This document shows positions 50,313-57,630 of a DNA stretch of 60,541 nt, in pieces; positions within the stretch are counted from its first letter, which is position 1; the number at the start of each line of letters is the position of its first letter. The notes below the pieces were generated by a model. That model worked only from the letters and a program-made list of their open reading frames with translations. It did no database searches and had not been told where the DNA came from. Where the stretch lies: the NCBI GenBank assembly GCA_024405635.1, contig JAKSOL010000018.1, positions 1 through 60,541 on the forward strand. Direction: 5' to 3'. Made by a program: the position numbers and the translations under genes. Origin of the DNA: Salinivirgaceae bacterium. GTDB taxonomy: Bacteria; Bacteroidota; Bacteroidia; Bacteroidales; SZUA-534.

Positions 50313-51211
50313 TTTTCAAAAATCAATTCTGATGCCGATTGATTTACATTAAGTTGAGCGCAACGTCCAAAAATCAGTGGGTAATTTGGGCGCTCGTGGC
50401 CTGCTGCAAAGTTGAATGCAATAGGGTAAGATTGGTTGCCAACAGCATCAAGCACAATTTGTTCAACTCCCATTTCAAACGACGGGGTACTGTCTTCGAC
50501 GTTTGTAAAGTAACCCACAACAAGGCCGTTAAGTTTGTTTAAAATGCCGCCCGATTTTAGTTGCTGCATCATTCGGTCGATGCGGTAAAGAGGTTCGCAC
50601 ACATCTTCAATAAACAAAATTTTGCCAGCAGTGTCAATCTGATAAGGAGTGCCCATAAGCGAGCAGATGATGGAAAGATTACCTCCACATAGTTCACCTT
50701 TTGCGCTGCCTATGCGATTAAATTTGTTCGATTGCCAGTTATACTTCAAGTTTGCGTCAGTAAGCACGTCAAATAATTTGTCAACATCGCAATTGTTTGT
50801 TTGCGAAGTAAAGTTAATGGGCATTTGGCCATGTATGCTTTCAATGCCCATCAGGTTTAGTTTTGAGTGCAGAACAGTAATGTCGCTAAAGCCGATTATC
50901 CATTTTGGAAATTTTTGTAGTGCCGAAAAATCAACTTTGTCAACCATTCTAATAGCGCCATAACCGCCTCGAACGCAAAAAATTGCACTAATCGTTTCGT
51001 CGTCAATCATACGTTGCAAGTCGGCAGCACGTTGAGAGTCGGTTCCTGCAAAAATGCCGTGCTGTAAGTAAGTGCTTTCGCCGCGTATAACACAAAATCC
51101 TTTGTTTTCAATTTGTTGCACAATTGCAGCGTATTTGTCTTGGTCAATCCATCGCGAAGTAGCTACAATGGCCACGCGGCTTCCCACTTTTAAGTACTGA
51201 GGTGTAAGCAT
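50309..51211 (-). CDS. LD-carboxypeptidase, S66 family
   Basis: RGGYG, GFSDIT, GGNLS, FIEDVCE, AGH. Confidence 0.92.
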   Translation of the reverse strand: MLTPQYLKVGSRVAIVATSRWIDQDKYAAIVQQIENKGFCVIRGESTYLQHGIFAGTDSQRAADLQRMIDDETISAIFCVRGGYGAIRMVDKVDFSALQKFPKWIIGFSDITVLHSKLNLMGIESIHGQMPINFTSQTNNCDVDKLFDVLTDANLKYNWQSNKFNRIGSAKGELCGGNLSIICSLMGTPYQIDTAGKILFIEDVCEPLYRIDRMMQQLKSGGILNKLNGLVVGYFTNVEDSTPSFEMGVEQIVLDAVGNQSYPIAFNFAAGHERPNYPLIFGRCAQLNVNQSASELIFEK

Positions 51212-51268
51212 AGTTTAATGTGCGTTTTTGCCAAAATTATAAAACAATACTAAATGGAGTTTAGGTGC

Positions 51269-51308
51269 AAAAAAAAACGGCTGCCGAACTTTATGAGTGG
51301 CAACCGTT
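51269..51308 (-). terminator. Intrinsic terminator on the minus strand
   Basis: AACGGCTGCC...GGCAACCGTT stem preceded by an A run on the + strand. Confidence 0.7.
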
Positions 51309-51332
51309 GTGATATTTTTTTGCGACAATTTG

Positions 51333-51578
51333 CTATTCTGCAACTTCTTCGTTGTCGCTTTCGCTTGCTGTTTTGCTTTTTATTTGGCTACGAATCTCTT
51401 TTCGAAGATTTTTAATGTCGCGGCTTAATGTTGATTTTGTACTCTCAAGCATTAGTTGGTATTCTTCGGTAGCAACGGCGCTATCGCGATGAAATTTTAC
51501 CGATAAGCGAATTACAAGCAGTAGTGCAACAATGGATATTAATAATGCTAATGTTGCAATTAAAGTTAAACAGTTCAT
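51333..51578 (-). CDS. Small membrane-anchored coiled-coil protein
   Basis: N-terminal TM helix and charged helical tail; followed by a terminator. Confidence 0.65.
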   Translation of the reverse strand: MNCLTLIATLALLISIVALLLVIRLSVKFHRDSAVATEEYQLMLESTKSTLSRDIKNLRKEIRSQIKSKTASESDNEEVAE

Positions 51579-51611
51579 TTCTTATAGTTGATAATAATGG
51601 TTTATATAATC

Positions 51612-52826
51612 TTATTTGTAGTTGCCATAGGCATCGGCTACAATTAGAATGGTATTGTTAATTTTTTCAGATTTTTCGTTTACGCGTGGCATAAATACTT
51701 TGCCAACAAGAGCAATGCTTCCGTTTTTCATTTCAACTGCAGCTTGCAAGTCAGAACTTGAAGTAAAGTTGTAATCAAAGTCAGAGTCTGGTTTGTCGCT
51801 CGACTCCAAAGTTTTGTGAGTTTGAACTGAAAGTTGTTCGTCAAGAATAACATACGAGCCTTTTGTAACAACTTGGCGAGCGTCAACATAAAAGCACGAA
51901 CCAAACAACAAAAGTTTTTTCGACGACAACCATATAATGCCGTTAGCGCTAAAGTCGTTTATGCTTGATGATGAGCGAACGTCACCATTTGGATTTAGTC
52001 GGCTTACTTTGGTTTGTGATGTTCCAACGGCATTTTTAGCATGGCAAATGTGGAAAATTTCGCCTTGTGGGTTCACTGTTATGCTTTGGGTGTAAAAGTT
52101 TGCTGGCATATCAAATCCGCTCTTTTTCCACAATACAGTTCCATCGGCTGTTGTTTTGTATATCACTGGTACATACTCGTTAGCACGAGTGTCGCTATAT
52201 TTTTTACCAGCAATAATCACATCACCTTTAGCGTCAACCACCATAGCATCGGCCGATTCGTTGGTTTCGCTCGACACTTTTTTAATCCAAAGTTGGTTGC
52301 CTGTAGCATCAACACAAGCAAGTGTTATGCAGTTTTCGCCTTTCGATGTTTCGGTAACCAATTGCAAAATTTGGTTATCGTTCTTTTTGTAGGTAGAAAT
52401 TAAAATAAACGAACTTTCGTGAGCTCCAGTAACCTCGCCAAGTTTGTTTAAACTGGCTGATAGTTGTAGTGTGTAGTTTTCAAGTTTATCGGTTTCGATG
52501 CTTGAAAAAACACTCACTTTGCCGTCTGCTGAAGTAGTTGCGCCTACAACGTCATACAAATTTTCAACAGGATAAAGGCGCTCAAGTGTACGCACTCCCT
52601 CTTTGTTCATTCCAATAAGTTGAATGGCATGGTTGCGGTAGCGCAAATCAGAACATTTGGAAACAACTAACAACGAGTTGTCGGGTTGCGCAATAACATT
52701 TGATACTTTAGTGTTGATGTATGTAGCATCGGTGTTTACGTAGTATGAAATGCCACGTTGTTGAGCATTTGCTGTAAAGAACATTGATGCGCAAAGCGCT
52801 GATGCTAAAACGATTCTGAGTTTCAT
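51612..52826 (-). CDS. Hypothetical secreted protein, beta-propeller-like repeats
   Basis: Signal peptide (ANA-Q); repeats such as DATGNQLW, DAKGDVIIAG, TADGTVLW; TATATTTG promoter motif at 52854-52861 (-). Confidence 0.75.
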   Translation of the reverse strand: MKLRIVLASALCASMFFTANAQQRGISYYVNTDATYINTKVSNVIAQPDNSLLVVSKCSDLRYRNHAIQLIGMNKEGVRTLERLYPVENLYDVVGATTSADGKVSVFSSIETDKLENYTLQLSASLNKLGEVTGAHESSFILISTYKKNDNQILQLVTETSKGENCITLACVDATGNQLWIKKVSSETNESADAMVVDAKGDVIIAGKKYSDTRANEYVPVIYKTTADGTVLWKKSGFDMPANFYTQSITVNPQGEIFHICHAKNAVGTSQTKVSRLNPNGDVRSSSSINDFSANGIIWLSSKKLLLFGSCFYVDARQVVTKGSYVILDEQLSVQTHKTLESSDKPDSDFDYNFTSSSDLQAAVEMKNGSIALVGKVFMPRVNEKSEKINNTILIVADAYGNYK

Positions 52827-53054
52827 ATTCAATTAACTTTTTTTAACAATCGGCAAATATAGAAAATCTAAAAGTTTTGAGACCTATTTTTTATGTAGCG
52901 TAGCTTTTTTGGCGAGTTGGTTTAGCAAGTTCAAAATATATGAGCAAATTATTTAGCCATCGTTGTGGGAACAATGCCTTAATTATCAAACTTGATTATT
53001 AACTACAATAAACAAGAAAATGAGAGGAGCAGTTTTGTCATTAGGTAAAAATTG

Positions 53055-53062
53055 TATCTTCG
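53055..53062 (+). promoter_or_regulatory. Putative -7 element of rplY-pth
   Basis: TATCTTCG(C), one mismatch to TAnnTTTG. Confidence 0.6.
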
Positions 53063-53087
53063 CGCCGCAAAATTTTTATTGTCTAAC

Positions 53088-53118
53088 GTGTGATGGGTGA
53101 CTATGTCACAAGTAGCAC
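53088..53118 (+). ncRNA. Candidate L25 autoregulatory leader hairpin (5S rRNA loop E mimic)
   Basis: GTGT-GATGG-GTGAC-TAT-GTCAC-AAGTA-GCAC; internal loop GAUGG/AAGUA compared with 5S loop E GAUGG/GAGUA; ends 15 nt before the rplY ATG. Confidence 0.6.
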
Positions 53119-53133
53119 ATAATTTATGTAGAA

Positions 53134-53709
53134 ATGAAAACTGTAGAAGTTAAAGCATCAGTTCGTAAAGAATTGGGCAAAAAAGCAACTCGTGCTTTGA
53201 GAGCAGAAGGTAAAGTTCCTTGCTCGTTGTATGGTGGCGAATCGGCACAATCAATCGCAGTGCCAGTTGAGTCTTTCCGCGCTTTGATCTACACTCCAGA
53301 CATCTGCACAGTTAATCTTGATGTTGATGGCAAAGTGTGCAAAGCTATCTTGAAAGATGTTCAATACCATCCAGTAACTGACGAAATTGAGCACGTTGAT
53401 TTCCTTGAGGTTAGCGACTCAAAACCAGTTGTTATGTCAGTACCAGTTGTTTTGAACGGTTTGGCTGATGGTGTTAAAAAAGGTGGTAAGCTTGTTCTTA
53501 AGCTTCGCAAAATCAAAACCAAAGGTTTGATTAACGCTATCCCAGACACTCTTGACATCGACGTTACCTCTCTTGACCTTGGTAAGTCAGTTAAAATTCA
53601 AGACCTTAACTATGAAGGACTTGAACTTATGGAGGCTAAAAACGTTGTTGTTTGCACCGTTAAATTGACTCGTAACGCTATTTCAGCTGCTCAAGCTGCA
53701 AACAAGTAA
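53134..53709 (+). CDS. rplY: 50S ribosomal protein L25/Ctc (bL25)
   Basis: GKKATRALR, VPCSLYG, VQYHPV...HVDF, GVKKGGKL. Confidence 0.96.
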   Translation: MKTVEVKASVRKELGKKATRALRAEGKVPCSLYGGESAQSIAVPVESFRALIYTPDICTVNLDVDGKVCKAILKDVQYHPVTDEIEHVDFLEVSDSKPVVMSVPVVLNGLADGVKKGGKLVLKLRKIKTKGLINAIPDTLDIDVTSLDLGKSVKIQDLNYEGLELMEAKNVVVCTVKLTRNAISAAQAANK

Positions 53710-53720
53710 TTTAACTGCAA

Positions 53721-54284
53721 GTGAAATATCTGATTGTTGGCTTGGGTAATATAGGCGACGAGTACGCCGAAACCCGACATAACATAGGATTTAAAGTATT
53801 GGACGCCTTGGCTAAGGCGTCCAATATTTCTTTTTATGAAGATCGTCGCGCTTTTCGTGCCGAACTAAAACACAAAGGCCGCACGCTTATTCTTATTAAG
53901 CCTACAACTTATATGAATCTTAGCGGCAAAGCTGTTGCTTATTGGATGCAACAAGAAAAAATTCCTCTTGAAAATCTTTTAATTATTGCCGACGATTTGG
54001 CTCTTCCGTTTGGCAAAATTCGCATTCGAGCTAAAGGTAGCGAGGGCGGACACAATGGTTTGAAGAGCATTACCGAATCGCTTTCAACTCAAGATTATGC
54101 GCGCCTGCGTTTTGGTGTGGGCAACGATTTTGCTCGTGGCAAGCAAGTTGATTATGTGTTAGGCGAGTGGAGCGATGAGGAAAAAGCGCAAATTGACGAC
54201 CGCATCAAAGTTTGTACTGGTGCTATTTTGTCGTTCCCATTCGTTGGCATAACTGGCATCATGAACCAGTTCAATAACAAGTAG
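53721..54284 (+). CDS. pth: Peptidyl-tRNA hydrolase
   Basis: LIVGLGN, TRHNIGF, KPTTYMNLSG, GGHNGLKS; GTG start. Confidence 0.96.
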   Translation: MKYLIVGLGNIGDEYAETRHNIGFKVLDALAKASNISFYEDRRAFRAELKHKGRTLILIKPTTYMNLSGKAVAYWMQQEKIPLENLLIIADDLALPFGKIRIRAKGSEGGHNGLKSITESLSTQDYARLRFGVGNDFARGKQVDYVLGEWSDEEKAQIDDRIKVCTGAILSFPFVGITGIMNQFNNK

Positions 54285-54308
54285 TTAAAATACTATTCCC
54301 CTTTTTAA

Positions 54309-54728
54309 GGCTCTTCATAAAAATGCGTAGATAGCATCAAATAAAGAAGCCGGTCAAAACGTTTATAATGTACCACCAAAAGTAAACGTTATGCAGACCT
54401 AGCCACATCATACTATCTGAAAGAAGAACTGCGCAGGGTGTGGAACCAGGCTGACAAAGAATCTGCCACGACCATCCTGCACAATTGGGTCAATGAGGCC
54501 CGTGAATCCGGAATAAAGAATATGAAGAAGCTTGCCGACACGATAGATCTGCACAGGGACGGTATCTTGGCCTACTACGACTATAGGATTTCCAGTGGGA
54601 AGGTCGACGGTGTCAACAATAAGATCAAGACCATCAAACGGCAGGCGTATGGCTTCCGTGATGACAAGTATTTCATGCTGCGCATCCTTTCGATGCATGA
54701 CGACATCTATGCAAAATTATGATGAACC
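54309..54728 (+). mobile_element. 420-bp internally deleted ISL3-family element
   Basis: IRL GGCTCTTCATAAAAATGCGTAGAT; IRR ATCTATGCAAAATTATGATGAACC (18/24 complementary); contains the transposase C-terminus. Confidence 0.9.
54391..54722 (+). pseudogene. ISL3 transposase remnant (start codon plus out-of-frame C-terminal about 108 codons)
   Basis: DLATSYYLKEELRRVW...ISSGKVDGVNNKIKTIKRQAYGFRD matches the ISL3 C-terminal motif; ATG at 54391 reads MQT-stop. Confidence 0.88.
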
Positions 54729-54760
54729 TAAAAATCGGGTCCGATTCCGCGCGACCCGAC
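54729..54760 (-). terminator. Intrinsic terminator of the cargo operon
   Basis: Minus strand TCGGGTC-N11-GACCCGA followed by TTTTTA, abutting the IS right end. Confidence 0.7.
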
Positions 54761-54845
54761 ATCAGTAAAACACATTCGCAAAGGAAAGAATGTGCTTCAC
54801 TTCAAAACAATCTATATTTAACTTTCAAAACATAACACCACTTTC

Positions 54846-56057
54846 TTATAGCACAATGACCAAAATCTGCGCAATCAGCACTCTCAGAAACATTGTTAGC
54901 GGATATACCGTAGAATAAGCAACGCTTGCCTGCCCATCACTGCACAAACTATTGCTGTAAGCCAATGCTGGAGGGTCAGTCATTGATCCAGAAATCAGTC
55001 CCGCTATAGTGTAGTAGCTCAGGCGACAGCAAAATCTCGCCACCAATCCCACAGTCAAGCAAGGCACAACCGTGATAATAAATCCAAAAATCACCCATAG
55101 ATAACCCCCACCAACAATTGTCTCAACAAAACCCTGGCCAGCGCCAATTCCCACAGCCGCCATAAACAAGCTGATGCCTATTTGTCTGATCATCAAGTTC
55201 GCAGAAGGTGTCGTGTGTGTTGGAATGTGCAAGCGAGGACCAAAATAAGACAAGAGTATTGACACAATAAGCGGCCCTCCCGCAAGACCCAAGCGAATAG
55301 CAATCGGTATCCCCGGAATATGGATGGGGACCATGCCCAAAATGACGCCCATAGCAATACCCATAAAGATAAAAAACAAATGTGGCTCATTGTCAGTTAT
55401 TGTGCTCGCCTCATTGATGGCATTGACCTTCTGCAAGTTAGAACCATTTCGATCAGCATTCTCCTCAAAAAGGACATCTTCGGCATCGTTGTTTACTTTA
55501 AAAATGCACCTTAGCACCGTTATGCTGAGAATAATGCCCACCACAGCAAGCGGATAAGCCACTGCATAGCCCTGAGCAAATAAGGAATTTGGCGTCCCAT
55601 TATGTATGTCCGCAAAAGTCTGTTGAGCAGCCCCAAGGCCAGGAGTATTAGTCACCGCTCCATACAAAACACCCACCATCGAAGCGGGATCTTCCTTAAA
55701 TATCCGTTGAATGCCAACCGTCATCCCACACCCCAGCATCACGATAGCAGTTGCCAGCACATTCAGCAGCACACCTCCTTTTTTAAACGACCGGAAGAAT
55801 CCAGGGCCCACCTCAATACCAATAGAATAAATGAATAGTATCAATCCAAACTCCTTGATGAAATGAGCAGTCTCCTCATCAAGATTAAACCCCAACTGAC
55901 CAAACACAATACCCACGAACAATATCCAAGTCACACCGAACGAGATGCTCTTGAAACGAATACGGCTGAGCACTATACCTATTGCAATGACCAACGCAAC
56001 GAGTAGCACCGAATGCGCCACGCCTTGCTGGATGAAAAGATTTTTGAACCAATTCAT
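54846..56057 (-). CDS. AspT/YidE/YbjL-family transporter lacking the central TrkA-C (RCK) domains
   Basis: KEFGLILFIYSIG, GAVTNTPGLGAA, GYAVAYP, RLGLAGGPL, GSMTDPPALAY, YSTVYPLTMFLR. Confidence 0.9.
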   Translation of the reverse strand: MNWFKNLFIQQGVAHSVLLVALVIAIGIVLSRIRFKSISFGVTWILFVGIVFGQLGFNLDEETAHFIKEFGLILFIYSIGIEVGPGFFRSFKKGGVLLNVLATAIVMLGCGMTVGIQRIFKEDPASMVGVLYGAVTNTPGLGAAQQTFADIHNGTPNSLFAQGYAVAYPLAVVGIILSITVLRCIFKVNNDAEDVLFEENADRNGSNLQKVNAINEASTITDNEPHLFFIFMGIAMGVILGMVPIHIPGIPIAIRLGLAGGPLIVSILLSYFGPRLHIPTHTTPSANLMIRQIGISLFMAAVGIGAGQGFVETIVGGGYLWVIFGFIITVVPCLTVGLVARFCCRLSYYTIAGLISGSMTDPPALAYSNSLCSDGQASVAYSTVYPLTMFLRVLIAQILVIVL

Positions 56058-56111
56058 AGCGAAAAAAAATAATAATAAATATTTGATTAAATAATTGCGA
56101 GACGGGACAAC

Positions 56112-57011
56112 CTATAGGTCAAACTTTCTCAGGCATAGTTCCTTCTCCAAGTTGACAGTTCTGATAAATTCCCTCGCAGCACATTTCATATACACGCCGC
56201 TTTTGATGTGATAGCAACCATCCATCTGGCAACCATCGCCCTCAATCGGAATTGTGACCAAACTTTGTCCTCTTTTTATCGTGGCGTGCGAAACCAATGT
56301 CACCAAGTGCGATGAGGCCACCAAATCGAGCAGAAGCGATATATCGTTCACCTCAATCTGCACATTGAACTTGTTCCCGCCTCGCGAAATCATCTCGTCA
56401 AAAACACTACGCGCCTGCATGCCTTCCGACGGAAGAGCAAGCTGACATCGACTCAAGTCAGCAAGTGTCATCGTCCGATGATTCGACATCGGATGTGTGT
56501 CCGACATCACTGCGCTTAGCCGATTGAAAAACAAAGAGTACGACTCAATGTCGTTGTATTCCTCCAAAGGTCGATAACTAAAGACAAGGTCCACTTCTTG
56601 TTTTCCAAGCATAGTCATCAACTCATCAACGGGATGGCAAAAAATATTCACCTTCACACCCGGATATTTTCGGATGAATTGCAAGAGCACATCGCTCAAA
56701 ATAGGCGAGAAAGTATAAGTTGTGCCAATATTGAGCGTCCCCGAAACAAGACCTTTCACATCTCGGATGCGATCTATGCAAACGCCTGCTTCTAGCAACG
56801 TTTTCTTTGCCGTAGGGAGAAATGCTAAGCCAACATCAGTGAGTTTCACATGCCGATTATCTCGTATCAGAAGAACAGCATCGAGTTCTTCCTCTAGCTG
56901 CTTAATCTGCTGCGAGAGGGTGCTTTGTGTGATGTTCAGTGCCTTTGCGGATTCCGAGAAGCTGCAAAGTTCTGCCACCTTGACAAAGTATTTCAACTGT
57001 CGTAGTTCCAT
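56112..57011 (-). CDS. LysR family transcriptional regulator
   Basis: MELRQLKYFVKVAE..SFS..A..L.ITQSTLSQQIKQLEEEL HTH; start at 57011 gives 299 aa. Confidence 0.94.
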   Translation of the reverse strand: MELRQLKYFVKVAELCSFSESAKALNITQSTLSQQIKQLEEELDAVLLIRDNRHVKLTDVGLAFLPTAKKTLLEAGVCIDRIRDVKGLVSGTLNIGTTYTFSPILSDVLLQFIRKYPGVKVNIFCHPVDELMTMLGKQEVDLVFSYRPLEEYNDIESYSLFFNRLSAVMSDTHPMSNHRTMTLADLSRCQLALPSEGMQARSVFDEMISRGGNKFNVQIEVNDISLLLDLVASSHLVTLVSHATIKRGQSLVTIPIEGDGCQMDGCYHIKSGVYMKCAAREFIRTVNLEKELCLRKFDL

Positions 57012-57018
57012 TGTCCTT

Positions 57019-57138
57019 CTATCGTTTGTTATCCCTGTCGATGTTGAATTCTTTAATCTTGAAATATGCGCTGAAGACAAAAGCCAGCAGCAGAACAACA
57101 AGAATAATCGGCCATACGGTAATCATTAACATTTTCAT
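57019..57138 (-). CDS. Unannotated 39-aa single-TM peptide
   Basis: MKMLMITVWPIILVVLLLAFVFSAYFKIKEFNIDRDNKR*; AGGAAGG upstream; stop 7 nt before the lysR ATG. Confidence 0.6.
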   Translation of the reverse strand: MKMLMITVWPIILVVLLLAFVFSAYFKIKEFNIDRDNKR

Positions 57139-57240
57139 AACGTGCCTTCCTTTTTTTTATTGTGTTTCACTTCTGATTATCGGCTCCGGAACCGATTTTG
57201 CCTTTGGGAAGATTTTCTACTTTCCGTCCCATTGCGGATG

Positions 57241-57248
57241 CAAAATTA
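57241..57248 (-). promoter_or_regulatory. -7 promoter element of the peptide-lysR-transporter operon
   Basis: TAATTTTG(C) exact consensus on the minus strand. Confidence 0.7.
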
Positions 57249-57486
57249 CAGTCGTTCGCCCTTGTGGCAAACAATCAGCATACGATTCTATCAATAGCAA
57301 CTATCGGTAAAATCGTACAATGCAAATACACAATCCAATAAAGTTATTTTTCCCATCCTCCAATCTGCCCCTCAACCCGACAAAAATTCCCAAGAGAGAT
57401 TCTTCAAGGCCGAAAAATCCCAGAGTCTCCACCCCAAAAACAACATTTTCCCCCAAACCAATCTCTCAAGAATAAATCTCTAGAGT

Positions 57487-57546
57487 TTATGCCAACTTTA
57501 TGCCAGTCTTATGCCAAAAACCAAAGTTAATGCCAAGTTTATGACA
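57487..57546 (+). repeat. Five copies of TTATGCCA-like octamer, mostly at 11-bp spacing
   Basis: Copies start at 57487, 57498, 57509, 57528 (TAATGCCA) and 57539 (TTATGACA). Confidence 0.8.
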
Positions 57547-57553
57547 TTTTTAA

Positions 57554-57630
57554 GGTTCTTCATAAAAATGCGTAGATAGCTGCGCATCCTTTCGATGCAT
57601 GACGACATCTACGCAAAATTATGATGAACC
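57554..57630 (+). mobile_element. 77-bp minimal ISL3-derived MITE (left end fused to right end)
   Basis: First 27 bp match 54309-54335 (1 mismatch); last 50 bp match 54679-54728 (1 mismatch). Confidence 0.9.

Larger units (their letters stand above)
54309..57630 (+). mobile_element. Composite-transposon-like insert bounded by two directly oriented non-autonomous ISL3 derivatives
   Basis: Same IRL/IRR pair at 54309-54728 and 57554-57630; cargo visibly more GC-rich than the flanks; outer flanks TTTTTAA / TTTTTTA. Confidence 0.8.

Noticed and set aside
56112-57101. 329-aa N-terminally extended LysR from the ORF track
   Set aside because: The HTH starts at MELRQL (57011), and the extension overlaps the better-supported 39-aa ORF
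57019-57138. KdpF assignment for the small peptide
   Set aside because: Lacks the YLxYAL...PE.F-type ending, and no kdpABC genes are present
57165-57235. c-di-GMP-I riboswitch (GGCAAA and GGGACG fragments)
   Set aside because: The fragments are in the wrong order, and the GNRA-capped stem followed by GACGCAAAG is missing
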